Assembly (NCBI GenBank): GCA_013265495.1
Contig: MU058687.1
Coordinates: 3,660,001 to 3,724,000, forward strand
Direction of reading: 5' to 3'
Length of the DNA stretch: 64,000 nucleotides
DNA from: Vicugna vicugna
Lineage: Eukaryota
Part shown: piece after piece, positions 27,337-40,305 of the stretch
Position numbering within the stretch: the first letter of the stretch is position 1
Layout of the letters: every line of letters begins with the position of its first letter
Made by a program: the position numbers and the translations under genes
The notes under the pieces: generated by a model
What the model saw: the letters and a program-made list of their open reading frames with translations, nothing else
Databases searched by the model: none
What the model was told of the DNA's origin: nothing

Positions 27337-27490
27337 GGGGAGGGTATAGCTCACTGGTAGAGTGCATGCTTAGCATGCATAAGCTCCTGGGTTCAATCCC
27401 CAGTGCCTCCATTAAAATAAATAAATAGATAGATAAATAAATACATTTACCCCCCCCAAATTTAAAAAAAAAAATAAATAGAAATTTTAA
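27337..27490 (+). mobile_element. tRNA-Ala(AGC)-derived SINE, camelid Vic-1-like
   Basis: GGGGAGGGTATAGCTCACTGGTAGAGTGCATGCTTAGCATGCATAAGCTCCTGGGTTCAATCCCCAGTGCCTCCA (A box, B box GGTTCAATCCC, AGC anticodon 27372-27374). A-rich tail. Flanking direct repeat TCCTTAGTTTAG at 27325-27336 and 27494-27505. Confidence 0.88.
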
Positions 27491-28254
27491 AAGTCCTTAG
27501 TTTAGAATAACAAAAGCCCAGTCTAGGTTAGAGAGATGGAGTTACAGGGTTTTTTAAAAAAGAGATGTAGTTTCATTACCTTTCAAACATAGCACATTTT
27601 TCAAAGCTAAGATATAAATAAGTACTAATAAGTAAAGTGAGAAAATTAATGCAAAATTACAGGTTGTATTAGTTCTGATTGTATAATAATGTATCATAAA
27701 CAAAAGTCCATAAATATTACAGAATTACTCACTGATTCCTGAAGTTGAAGCCGTGTTGACAGAATGGTTAATTTTTTGAGCCCTGAGTTTGAAAGTGGTA
27801 CTGATTTTTTATTTTAAAAACTTCCAAATATTTTTACTCTTGAGTTAAACCTAGAACTTTTAGAGAAAGATGCCATTGGAACTTTCTACCTTTTGAGGGT
27901 AATGGAAACTGCATTTGAGTGCTTGCAAATTCTGGATTAGCAACCAGATGAAAAGGTCTGTCATTAAATAATAGCTCACTGTTGCAGGACAAAGTGCGGC
28001 ATAGGTGAGTCCGTTGTGTGCCACCCAATGTGTTTAATTACTGCAGGATGGGCCCATAGGTTTCACCTCGTGTGTCTGTTGTAATTGATGTATGAGTAAT
28101 CGATGCTTAGGTTACTTGGGTTGAGAAGGATTTTGAGGCTCAGTAGAAAGGGTCTATGATTGATTAGCAAAGAACTCAGTGGACATGCGAAGGGAGGATT
28201 CATGTACTTACCTTCCTTATCTAACAGATCCCAGAAACAGTGACTTAATGCTAA

Positions 28255-28455
28255 TCAGTGTGACATAAGGATAGATTCAGTTACATCACTTATTGGTTCT
28301 GTAACCCTGAACAAACCACACACCGTCTCTCTGAGCTTCAGTTTCTTTATATGTAAAAGCGAGTTGAAAAAATTGACACCTTTCTTGTCGCTATGAAGGT
28401 TAGATGAGAGTGTTTTGTAAACTCTGAGGTACTCTACATACATTGGTGCCTACTG
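28255..28455 (+). mobile_element. MIR
   Basis: ctctctgagcttcagtttctttatatgtaaaa. Confidence 0.65.
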
Positions 28456-28589
28456 TTTTTAATGAGGCTTGTGAGATCATCGCTGTGGGGACTTAGTACC
28501 TGTTTATTTGCTCCATGCACGTTATGTATAATGGCTTCCATGTATATTGCCCATCTTACGTTCTCAGCTCCCAGTGCACGGATGCTGTG

Positions 28590-29090
28590 CTGAGCCACTG
28601 ACTTGGCCACCACCAGTCTCCTTACCTTTTTGCTTCTCCGTGGTGATGTCCTTCAGAAAAGGCAGTGACACCGAAGCTGATGAGGTTGGACCACAGCATG
28701 GGGTTCACAGGCTTGGAGGTTCCACGTTACTTGTGCACAGTAACCTGGGAGCTAAGAACTCATACTTTCTTTCCTTGGCTCCCTCAGCACTGGGGCTTTC
28801 CAACCTCACAGAGCCAGGATCACTGAGATGACTCACACATCTGTCCTACACATCTTACCATCTAGGAGAGGAGTTCACAGGGCATGTTTTTGCAGCAGAG
28901 GAGTGAGTGTGAGCAAGAAGAAAATATGAAAGTACTTTCCAAGCCTCTGTTCCTGTCGTTTTTGCTAACATCCAGTTCAGCCAAAGCAAGTCACATGTCT
29001 GAGCTTGGTGTTAAGAGCTGGCTGTAGCAATGTCAGATGGTAAGGGGTCTGGAGATAGGGAGAGGTGAAGAACTTGAGCCATTAATACTA
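28590..29090 (-). mobile_element. Old MLT1-family LTR fragment
   Basis: tttgctaacatccagttcagccaaagcaagtcacatg...agggagaggtgaagaacttgagccatt. Confidence 0.6.
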
Positions 29091-29109
29091 GAAACACGCG
29101 AACAGAGAA

Positions 29110-29390
29110 ATAACAATGATGGTGGTGATAGTGGCTGACAGTTATTGAATGCTTATTGTGGGCAGCCTCTGCTAGGAGCTTTACGTGCTCCCCGCCCCCC
29201 CGCCCCCCCCCACATTGAATCCTCGCAGAAAGCCTTTACTACAGGTACTAGTATTACCTCTCCTACTTTACAAATGAGAACACTGATGTTCAAAGGGATT
29301 AAGTAATTGCCAAAGTTTCCATAGCTCCTTAGTCATGAGCTGGGATGAGAATCTGGTCCTGTCTGACTCCAGAGTCTAGCTCTTAACCAA
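29110..29390 (-). mobile_element. MIR
   Basis: ttattgaatgcttattgtg...tttacaaatgagaacactga...gtctgactccagagtctagctcttaacc. Confidence 0.8.
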
Positions 29391-29692
29391 ATCCGAGAAT
29401 ACCAGGGACACCACTTCAGACTTACTGGAGGGACGCTCAGGACAAATAATAGGCAGCCCTACTTCATGCAGAGAGTGGTAAACTCAACGAATGTGTTCCT
29501 CTCATGTTTAGTTACTGCTGCTGGGACCTGTGAGGGATGCAAAGGTTATAAGACTCAGTCTCAAGCTAGCATGAATGAAAAGGCAAGTCTATTAAAGAAA
29601 CGTTTGTATAAATGACAGTTTCTCTGTGGCTTTTTGAGAGGAAAGTAGTAGATCTTAGGGATAGCCTCTTATATGCTGAAGCTGGTATGGTA

Positions 29693-29845
29693 CAGTGGTT
29701 TTGAGACTGTTCTTTGAGGCTCAACAGGTTTTGATGATAAAATCTTGAGGACCATTGTGGAAGTCAAGGTGGAGGCAAGTGAAATTCCACCTCCCACTTC
29801 TACAGAGAAGCTCTGCTTTTAACTGTCATATTTGGGGTTTTGATG
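29693..29845 (+). mobile_element. MER103C-like fragment
   Basis: cagtggttttgagactg...cccacttctacagagaagctctgcttttaactgtcatatttgggg. Confidence 0.55.
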
Positions 29846-30839
29846 CTTTGCTTTGCTTTGCTTTCTTGGTTTCTTTTTTTTTTTTTTTTAAGAAATAAGG
29901 ATCTCAATGACCTAAGAAAGGAAAGCCACTGTTCCCACAGAAAGATCCCTGGTCAAAGGGTCCAGATACCTGGGTCTAATGCCACTTCTGCACTGCCCAA
30001 TTGTGAGATCTTGCGTACTAGCTTGACCATCCCCAGGGTCCTTCCTTCCTCCCTCACCTAAAGAATGAGGTGTTTGGATCAGGTGATCTTCACTGTCTTC
30101 TCCAGCTCTGATATTTTTTCCTCTTCAGGGTGCAGCTGGGCCTGTTATATTGTCAGTAATGAAATTCCGCAGCTGGTCTGCCGATGGTCTGACCCAGAAG
30201 TCTCTCCCTTGAAGAATTCTTCTAACGTCCATCTGCTTCCTCACGTTCGTCCAATCAGCAAACATTTATCTATGACTGACTCTGTGCCAGGCACCACACC
30301 CACCTTCCCTCAAAGCTTGTAAGCTGCTAATAACTTGCCCTTATCTGGGACAGCCACAAGAGCACCCCAGAGCTTTGTCCTTTCCTTGCCATTGTCTTCC
30401 TTTCTTCTCTTTCTCCTTCATGTGTTTATGCCTCTCTGCAGGACAGAGTATGAGGGTTGTTAGCAATTTATACTCTGTAGGAGTTGGCAGTGGGGGCAGT
30501 GGTCAGTGGGGATCTGGGTGTGTTGCAACAAATGTGGTCATTGTGTCAGTGTGCCCTGCCCAGCCCTCCTCAGCCACCTGCAGGGGTACTTATCTGACAA
30601 AAGCACTTTTTTGATTTATATCCCTTTCCTCTGGCCACTTCCTTCTCTGAGGCAATGACTTCTTGAGCAAAGGTTAGAGCTAAGGTCTAGTTTTGTGGCA
30701 GTACCTACATCTCCTCTTCAATTCCCAGGCAATAGAAAGGATGGGAAGGTATGGAGACATACAGTTCTCCAACAAAGTATGGAAGGAGAGAAGACTGGAC
30801 AGTGTTAACTGGTACCCCAAAGCTATTTTAGAGAGAGGA

Positions 30840-31265
30840 GACACTGGAGTGGAGATTGGAGGATGGGGAGTAGAACATGAGAATGTTCCAGCAAATGCGA
30901 AGGCTCTGAGACTGAATTGTTGTTCTTAGTGAGTTCTGAAAACTCCAAGGAGGCAGCATGTCTGAGGCTCTGTGAGCAAGGAGATGAGAACTAGTAGATG
31001 AGACTGGAGAGTTGGCTGGGTGGCCAGACCTTGGAGGGTCCTGTAGACCGCAGGGAGGACGTTAGATTTCATTCTGAGTAGGTAGAGAAATTATTGGAGG
31101 ATTTTGAATAAGGGAATAATGACTTTCATTTTAAAAGGTCACTCTGACCACTGTATAGAAAACATCCCATAAGGGGCAGGGATGGAAGCAGAGACCTGTT
31201 AGGAGGCTGGTACATATTCTGAGGAGAGGGAAGCATTGGTATAAATTGATCAGAGTGTAGCCAAA
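30840..31265 (-). mobile_element. L2
   Basis: ttggaggattttgaataagg...ttttaaaaggtcactctgaccactg...gagacctgttaggaggct. Confidence 0.75.
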
Positions 31266-31379
31266 GCTCTTTCCTTTGAGATCCTTGGTCACTGGACCAA
31301 GCCTGGACTGTTCTGACACAGAGTCAGGGAACCCTCTGCAGCCTGAGGGTGGAGAAGAAGAGATGGCAGATTGAATGGG

Positions 31380-31600
31380 GCCGTGGCGTGGACTCTGGTT
31401 CCCCCCCTTATTAAAACTGCATGACTTTGGGGAAATTATTTCATCTATTAGAGGTCTCAGTTTACTCATCTATAAAATAGGTGTAATAAGAGTTACTACT
31501 TCTTAGATTTTTTGTAATGGTTAAATGACTCCAAGTGTAACATACTTGGAGTGGAGCCTTGCACGGAGTACGTGTGTGGGATGTGCTTGCTGTGGGTGCT
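31380..31600 (+). mobile_element. MIR
   Basis: tgactttgggg...gtctcagtttactcatctataaaatagg. Confidence 0.7.
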
Positions 31601-33689
31601 GCTGCTATTGCTATAAGATGTGTGTGCTGAAAGAACTGTGCACCAGCCTTTCCGGTGGCTTTCTAAAATCACGGGAGGACCAAATTGCCTTTGGCCCTGG
31701 TCCTAAACACACTGATCAGCACTGCCTCCTTAGAGGCTGTCCTCAGCTGGCCCCAGACCCCAGGCTCAGCCCTCACACCTTTGTAATCCTTCCTAGAGAT
31801 GGCATTCCCTGTCCCTGCCCTCGCTTGCCTCACCGTCAGCCATGGCATCACAGTGCAGGAAGTGTGGTCGGCACCTCAGACCTCCAAGGTGCACCCCCCA
31901 GATGGGCTGTGCCAGGCCCTGCATTTGCCTGAAGATAGAGCTAGGGCCTCTCTGGTCTGGGTCTGCACGTCTCAAGTCTGTCCAGAGCCTCTGAGTCCTT
32001 TCTGCTTTACCCCTGCCAGCTTTGGCACCACTTGCTTTGTTAATGGAGAATTTGTCAAGTAATGGGAATGATTGGCACAGTGGGGGCCTTACTGTGCCCT
32101 GGAAAGAGAACAGAGAGAGCCATCCCAGCGGCCCCGACATGATTGCTGGACAGGCTTATTTTCTCTTGTCTGCATCTCTCTCCTCATCTCTTGCGTGTGT
32201 TTGATTTTTTTCTCTTTGTGTAGAGAGAGTTGGCTAGGAGAAAAGACCCGTAAATTGCACTCTTGCTGGGCTGGTGCTGCGAAAGCTGGATAAGATTGTC
32301 TTCTTGGACTGAATAATTTCCCTCTCCCCCTGCCTCTGTAAGGGGAAGATCAGCTGAGCACCTAGTTGATTTTCTCCTCCCTTTTGCTTCTTCGTTTCCT
32401 CCCCCCTAGCCAGCCCTCCCCTCTCGCCTTCTCCCTGTCCCTTCATGTAAAGACCTCACTGGCTCTCAATTGAATCCTTTTTTAATGGTCCCAAGAGGCG
32501 AGGATCTTGAAGGGTGATTATCTTCATTATAAATTATTAACTCTCCCAGCAGCCAGATGGCTTCCCAACCCATGGCTTGGAACTTCAGGCTGGGAGGCCC
32601 ACTGGCTGGGAAAGGAGGGGACGGGGAAGGGAGGAGGCTGAAAGGGGAACAACCACAGCTTCTTGGGTTTCTGGCTGCACCTGGGATGCTGGGGAACATG
32701 TCAGCACCTTGCAAGGCCTGTGGTCTGCGGGGAAGAGTTAGTTGTGGTTGGGTTTTGCCCACTAGACAACTCAGGGCTCCACTGAGGTTGGAGTAAAAGT
32801 GGTAGGTGGGGAAGAGACTAATGCCATGAGTTGCTTTTGGTGTGAACCTTAGAAGGTTGTCAAGGCATGGTAAGAAGATATGATTATTACTTTACATTGT
32901 GTAGTCCTTTACCTCCTTGGCTGTTCACAGCATTCTGGAAGGTGTATTCATTGTTCTCCCCAATTTACAAGGGAAGAAATAAATAAAAATTGGATAGATC
33001 ATAGAATTTCCCAAAAGATCACTTGATCGATAGTTTGTGGAAAGACAGAACCTGGCTCTGACTCCTGATCCAATGATCTTTCCCCCATAGCAGACTTACC
33101 TTCAGTTTCCTATGCCGTGTGTCTTTCAAGTTTCTGTGTAAGTTTCCCTCCTCCTTCGAGAAATTTTCCCTGACTACACTAGGCCAGAGTCATCTCTTGC
33201 TCGTCTGGACTTTATTGTACTTCACGTACAGACCTATTCAGTACTGGACATGCAACTCCAAAGGGTAGTCAGCCTCTTCTGAGATATCTCCAGGGACGGG
33301 GTGGCCCACTTCATCTGGAGGTGGCCTGTGTGTAAGAGGGACACAAATATTCTTTCTAGAACTTCTCACTGGATGGAATTCTGTCCTTGAGGGCAGCAGA
33401 GAACCTGTGGGGTCTCCCTTCTGATGTAAGAATGCCTCAGATCCCTGAAGATACTCCTCTTGCTATTGTTGAGTTGCCTCCGTAAGTCCAAACACCCTGG
33501 TCCCTCCAAAGTTTTCTCATATAAAGAGACTCAAGGGTGACTCTTAACATTGCCTGTGTCACTGGGGTGAAGTTTAAAAGATGCCCATCTGTCCAGCTTC
33601 CTCTCCCTGAGCAGGCTAGGTGAGACACCAACACCAGCCATGCTGCCAGGGGGAAACACAAACCTCAAGGACAGCAGTGACCACAGCAG

Positions 33690-33910
33690 TGGCAGTGGTG
33701 GCCGACGTTTACTTGCTACTTACTTGTGCTCAGCACTGCTCTAAGGGCTTTACCCTTCTTCAGTGCTCTGCCGTAGTAACTCACTATTAACTCCATTTTA
33801 CAGATGAGGCAACTGAGGCACAGAGAGGGTAAGGTCACACAGAGAGCAAGTGAGACATCTGGGATTTGAGCCCAGGAGACCTGACTCCAGAGCCCTTGAC
33901 TTTAACGTCT
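33690..33910 (-). mobile_element. MIR
   Basis: ccattttacagatgaggcaactgaggcacagagagggtaaggtcacac...ggatttgagcccagg...tgactccagagccc. Confidence 0.85.
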
Positions 33911-34249
33911 GTGAAAGGGGCCCTTACTCTAACACCTGGATTCTGTTTGGACCTTGGAGACTGAGCTCTGCCATACTGAGCCCGCACCAGGCAGAGCCTG
34001 CTTCTCACCTTTGGTCTTGGGCCTTGTATCATTCAGGTTCATGTCTTTCCCCTCTCCTAGTATAGAAGTGACTTGCAGGTTTTGAGCTGTTTTTTTAAAT
34101 CTTCATATCTATACCATGGGTGCTCTATGATTTAAAAAAATATTTTAAAAAGGACTTCCTTTCAATTCCCTACCCTCTAGCGTACCTATACCTCTCACAA
34201 AGACGGGCTCAGAATAAAAACCTAATGACGCAGATACAAACCTAATTGA

Positions 34250-34880
34250 CACAGATGGTCATTTCCCTTTTCCTATAGGTTATATTGTAATTAAGGCATA
34301 AAGTTGCATTTGGTTATTTGGCAACCACAAAACACTATATAAATATATATAAACATCTTGTCTATGTAATTCCTCAGTTCTTATTTTCTATATAGTTAGA
34401 AGTTGTACCTTCCATCCTTATGGATTGTTTATTTTGGAGGATCAAGTTGTACAATTTTTCATTTATCTCCATTAGGTTTCGTCTTGTTAGACATAGGCTG
34501 TAGTTTAAACCCACCATGACCTCTTGATCCCACAGCACCAAGCAGCAGACTCTAACTCTCAGTTCATCCACAGACATGACCGATTTTATCCAGGCTCTTC
34601 CCTCTTCATCCAGGCTCTTGATGAAAAAGAGGAACGGAACGGGGCTTGACCGCAGACCTGCCTCCCAAAGCCTTCACCACTGTGCCTTCTCTGAATGCTT
34701 ATGTTTGCCTGTGACAAGTCTTCATGGTTCTCTCCTCCTTACATGCCTCACATCATGAGACACTTTCCCAAAAGATCAGCCAAAGTCCACGTAATAACTC
34801 CTGTGTGTCTCTACTGTAACAGATTAGTATCCTTAACAGAAAAGGAATTTAGGTTAGTCTGATGTGACTATTTCTTAGTT
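34250..34880 (-). mobile_element. L3/CR1 fragment (further antisense piece at ~33260-33560)
   Basis: ctcttcatccaggctcttgatgaaaaagaggaac; aaaaggaatttaggttagtctgatgtgactatttctt. Confidence 0.55.
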
Positions 34881-35446
34881 CTTATATAAAACTTAGTTTT
34901 TGAAGAAAGAAAAGTGTTACAGTTCAGTATATACATATATTTTAAAAAGTCTCTTCTCTTCCATTTCTGTCCCCTTGTCAGCACAGTATAAACTTCAAAC
35001 ACCCTTCTCTACGTGCCCATTTGACAGACTACAATTGAGGTCTTCAGAAGCTATCTCCTTTCCTTTTGCTGAAGCAAGCAATCCAAGGGTAGGGTAAGCC
35101 TGGTACTGAGGCACCTTAAAGGCTAGAAGCAGCTCAGCAGATTTCAGGGGAGAAGAGAAGGCCTAAGGAAGGAGGGGAATCTTAGACATGAAAAAATTGT
35201 GCAAGAGAGAGCCAGGGTATGGAGTGGCATGGGAGAAGAGAATGGTGGGCTCCCTGTTGTATCGGATGGTGGTGGATGTCTGCCCATATTCTCCTAGATA
35301 AGACTTTGGTGTTGACTTAGGGATCTGTAAGTAGGGGCTCCAGCCTATAAACAGAAACCAGGAATCATTTTCTTTAAAACTCTCCTTCAGATGACATAAT
35401 GGAATAATAGTTGAACACATGTTATGTATCAGGAAATGTATTCAGT

Positions 35447-36000
35447 TGTTTTTATTGAAGTATAATATATACACAGAGAAGTACACACATCCTTAGTGTA
35501 GAGCCCTGCCAATGCATTTGCACAAACTGAGCACTGTGTGCAACATCACTGAACACAACTACTTCACCTGGTTTGCCTGCTTCCAGTCATCAGCTCCCAA
35601 GGGTAATCACTATTATGACATTTAACTGTAGAGAATGATTTTTGCCTCTGTTTGTTCTTTGTATAAGTGGAACTCATAGAGTATGTGCTTTTCTGTGAGA
35701 TGCACTCGTGTCGCTCTCTGGACTTGAAGACCAATCATTCTCAATGCTGTGTGGCATTTTGCATGAATAGATGTCAATTTACTAATCCATTCTGCTGCAG
35801 ATGGACGTTTAGTTATTTTCTAGGTTTTGGCTATTATGACTAGTGTTGTTACAAAGATTTTTGTGCATGTCTTGGTTTGGACATATATAAGCATTTCTGT
35901 TGGTATATGCCTAGAAGGGGAATTGTGGAGTCATGGGATAAAAATATTCAGCTTTAGTAGCTACTGCCATGGAATTTCAAAAAGTAGTTGTACCTCTATA
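35447..36000 (-). mobile_element. L1MC/ME-type 3' end
   Basis: tttttattgaagtataatatatacacagagaagtacac...ttttggctattatgactagtg...atatgcctagaaggggaattg. Confidence 0.8.
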
Positions 36001-36567
36001 TATTTTAAAATTTAATAAAGTCCAAAACTACGTTATGAGATATGTATTATCATTCTCCTTTTTTTTTGGAATGAATGAATAAACAAAGACTCAGAGAGTC
36101 GCCCAAGGATAAATAGCGATTGTAATGAGAGTCTGGGTTTAAGTCCAGCTCTGCCTACATCACTACATCACTACCGTGAACTACTTTCATATCTTGGAGA
36201 GAATGCGTGCCTTCACCTTCCTTACTGCCTGCAGCAGAGTCTTTGCTGCTGCATTAAGATAGAGCGTGCTCAGTGTGAGGGGCTGCCCTGGTGCTGCAGT
36301 ATCAAGAAGGGCATAGTTTAGTTGACACAGTGAATCTCTGAGGCTGCTGAGCGAGATCAAGCCTGTATCCCCATCCAGAGCACCTGGCAAAAGAGCACGC
36401 TCACATCCTCCGCCTTTGCCAAGGACATGGGCAAGATGGGTACAGGGCATGGATGGTGGGGGTGAGACAAAAGTCACAGGGAGTCCTGCCAGGTAGAGGT
36501 GGCCATATGAAATGGAAGCTTCTGTTGATGTGTCAATGGCAGTATTTTTTAAGGTGTAGCATTAGGA

Positions 36568-37105
36568 GTGTATCTGTCAGGACTCTTGGGCACAACTCAA
36601 CTCAAATTTACTTAAGTAAAAAGAGAAAAGAAAGTTTTGGTTCATATAATGAAAATCTTAGGATCCATTCTGTTTCAGGCTCAGCTGCATCTAGGTGTTA
36701 AAACAGCACTAGAAATCCATTTCTATCCATCTCTCGGCTCTACTTCTTTGTTGTCTTCATTATTAGGCAGTCATCTCAAATAGTAACAATGGTATCTCAT
36801 CAATTTTGGACTTCACTCTAATAGTTTGACAATGAGACAAAAAGAGAGGGCCCTTCTCCCAATAATTCCAGCTAAAGTTCCAAAGTAAGCTCTAATTTGA
36901 CTCAGTTAGGATGACAGGCCCATCCCTAAAGTAATCACTGTGACTGGAGATTGGAATGTCCTAATTGGCTAAACTGGGTCGCAGGATCTGGAGTTGGGAT
37001 GAACCCCACCTAAATGACCTAGACTGAGATTGGTGGTGAAAATCATTTTACCTTCAAAGTGGGGCAAGGGGTATGGTGCAAGTGGGGCAAGTAGAACCAA
37101 CAGAG
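36568..37105 (-). mobile_element. MLT1K/J-like LTR
   Basis: tgtcaggactctt...aactcaaatttacttaagtaaaaag...ccatccctaaagtaatcactgtg...taattggctaaactgggtc. Confidence 0.7.
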
Positions 37106-39099
37106 TCATTGTAGGGACTTTCTGGGCCTGGTAGGGGACTTAAGAGGATGGTAAAGAGAAGTTCTACAGGAAGAACGGGCAAGCCCAGTCTGCAGCACTG
37201 AGGACAGTAATCATCATGCCTTCCCACCAGCATGGGTTCTGGTCACAGGCCCCACTTTCCTCTGAGTCAGTCTTGGGGAGCAGAGGATTTGTAGGGGGAG
37301 GGGGTAATGAGCAAATGGCAGCCAATCTTCCAAGCTGGGCCGGTGGCAAATAGCCCACATGTCGGAGTTGTGTGGGGGCCCCCTGCCTCCTAAGCAGCCG
37401 ATCGTAAGATATTTGCAAAGATGTTAACCCCACATAAGAAATGTGCCATTGGATAATTATGTAAATTAGCTGGCAATTAGATAATGTCACTCATTTCTCC
37501 TCTCCGGCTAGATTCTCACACAGCAGATGAGCATTTTGAGCTTCTGCACCAGCCTGGGCCCTCCATGCAGGCACTGGAGCAAAGCACCTGCACCTGTGGC
37601 TGCCTGGGCCCTCCTGTGGCTCAGGAGAGGGTGGTGGTTGGCTGAACAGGTGGAGCAGGCTCCTGGCTCCCATTTCCCCATTTCTTGAGGCTGTTACAGC
37701 CCTGCATGAGGGCTAAAGATAGCTAAAGGGTAAATGCCTGGGGCAGTTGGCTGGAAGCCTGTGATATTTAATGTAAGGTCATCTTTGGCTTTTGGCTGGG
37801 CCACTGAGGGAATTTCTTAGAGGCCATGGGAATGTCCAGTCCAAGAAAGAAATGAATGGGCTATGGGAGAGAATGTGGGTGGACCATAGGGGTCAAATCT
37901 AGATTAACCCAATTCTGATGTTACGAGCCCTGAAATCAGATTCTACCTAGTGCCTGTGGGAAAGAAGGCTTGGTTTTCCTGTCAACCTTTTTGATTCCCC
38001 ACAATGCAGGCAGAGGTACATTGATCTCTCCAGCACTGGCCTGCTGCTGCGCAATGTGGGGTGGTGTGGAGGCCACCACATGGAACAGAAGTCAAATGAT
38101 CCACCAGAATGCTCTTCCGATTCTATTTTTACTGTTCATTCTTTCTGTAAATGTTTCCTGAGTTCCCACTCCATGCCAAGGCCCTGTGGCAGGCACCATG
38201 GTGAGGCAGTTTGTACCCACAGGGAGCTTCCCATGGAACTTCCAGAGCATGGACTTTTTATTACTGTGCTTTGTGTCTCTAAAGTACACTTGCCGCACTA
38301 TTTTGTGACACCCCTGAAGACGAGAACTGTGTCTTATTCTGCTTTGATCCAGGAGTGGATGGAATGAATTGGAGCTCAATAAGTAGATTGAATTGAGCAA
38401 GTCATTTAATTTCTGTAGCCACATAAGTGACTTTCAGAGGCCCCAAGGTGAGTTGATCATCTAGACCAGTCTGAAAACTTCTGGGGATATCCACTTAGAG
38501 TGACTTCCATGTCCTGCTCATCCCTAACACTGGGGCTTCCTCTGGATGTCCTTGCCTTCCACCGAAGGTCCCACTGGATTTAGCCACCTAAGCCTGGGCC
38601 TTGCCTGTCAGCTGGACTCCTTGGTCTAATCTGGCAAGATGGGGACTGGAGAGGGAGGTACAGTAGCCAGGGCAGTGTCACTGAGAAAACACTTTCTGAA
38701 GCCTCTGGGGCTCACACACCGTGGGTTCCAAGAGGTACCATGTGATTTCTTACATTCTCGGCTCATCAGTGTCTCCTGGCTTGGGATAGTCCTTTGGAGA
38801 GACTTGTTCTTTGTGCTCACGCCTGTCTTCCTCCCGACTCTTCTAAATCAAACGAGTGACTAGGGAGGGGGAGGGCAGGGGAGCAGCTGTCCTCTGAGCA
38901 CATTCTCTGAAAGGAGCCCCTTTTCAAAATTTTGATTAAAAAATATGTAGACATGGCAGATGTTGGGGCCAGAATAATCCTCTTTTTGAAACAAGGGTTT
39001 CCTCTCTCCTCTGGCATGTTGCCTTTTGCCTTGATTGGCTGGCATAACTCATCTCATATAACAATCACATCCTTAGAGATTAGGTCATGTCTCGTCATC

Positions 39100-39303
39100 T
39101 AGCTATCTGATACCCACCTCTGGCTTCATGTGTTCCACCCACTCCATTCTAACAGCACCGGCATCCTTGCTGTTCTTCAAACATACCAGCCTGCTCCAGC
39201 CTCAAGGCCTTTGCACTATTACTTCTTGAACGTGATTCCCAGATACTTACGTGGCTAATTCTCTCACCCTCTTTCAAGGCTTTCCTTAAATCTCATCTTC
39301 TCA
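39100..39303 (+). mobile_element. L2 fragment
   Basis: ccttgctgttcttcaaacatacc...gcctcaaggcctttgcact. Confidence 0.7.
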
Positions 39304-39304
39304 G

Positions 39305-39457
39305 ATTCTGATTTATGGTGTTTGCCTATTTCTGTGGTGTAAATACTCCTACCATAGTTGATTTTATGCTACTAAATTGTCGTCAACCAGCTCAAAAATT
39401 GCTGAAATTCCAACAGTTGGTTCTCACAAGCTCATATGAATTGGCACCTCCACACTG
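39305..39457 (-). mobile_element. MER63-like (hAT-Blackjack) fragment
   Basis: tttgcctatttctgtggtgtaaatactcctaccat...aaaattgctgaaatt...ttggttctcacaagc...cacactg. Confidence 0.65.
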
Positions 39458-40099
39458 CTCTGCCCATGCTCCAGTTAAGCATTCCCTGCACCCTGGAAGT
39501 GCCCGTGCCACACTTTGGAAAACACTGTGTGGACAAGAACTTTCATAGAACAGAGGCTTTCCTTATGGATTTAATCAGCCTCTTGTTGGTTGGGTTTGTT
39601 TGTTCAGTGGAAATAGATGTTCGTTCCTTTGTGAGAAACTGTTTTCCTCTTTGAAGCAGGAGTAATAACTAGCTTTGCTAATGCAGTCATCATACAAATA
39701 CAGTGGACAGTAATGGTCTGACAGAGACCATGGTGAATTATCAAATATGCCAATGAGTAAGCAGCAACTTGCATAGCTCTTGGAAATTACAGTCATGGCT
39801 CTCATGTGAAGAGAGGTCTCCACTCAGCTGTATGGGCCAGAGTCTGTCTTTAGAAACCAGATCACCCACTTGACTGGGTGCTGGTGCATTTCTAACCAGT
39901 ATAAGACACATGTAAGATGCTCTAGGTTTGTGATGTTCCTTAACTATTCATTTGTTGTCCATTCTGTAGCTTTTTAATTAAAAAAAAAAAGGTGCATTTT
40001 AATATACTGTCCCTGCTCCACAGACATACACTCTCACACGTACACAGAAATACATCAATAACCCCTCTTCTCATCCCTTCCTGCCTAGAAATAAGGAAT

Positions 40100-40305
40100 G
40101 GCGGAAGGTAGTATTTATTGATCATCTAGTATGTATATAGCCTCATACTAGAATGTTCCAATACATGATCTCATTGCATCTTCTCTCCAACCTTGGAAAG
40201 AGGCTACTATTTTCTCTACTTTACAAATGAGAAAATAGGAGCTCAAATAGGTTAAGAAATTTGTTCCAAGTTCCACATACAAGTACCAGGATTCAAACTC
40301 AGCCT
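40100..40305 (-). mobile_element. MIR
   Basis: ttttacaaatgagaaaatagg...ggttaagaaatttgttccaag...ggattcaaactcag. Confidence 0.7.

Noticed and set aside
27339..27411. Functional tRNA-Ala gene
   Set aside because: A-rich tail, TSD, A-box substitution and imperfect stems indicate a SINE.
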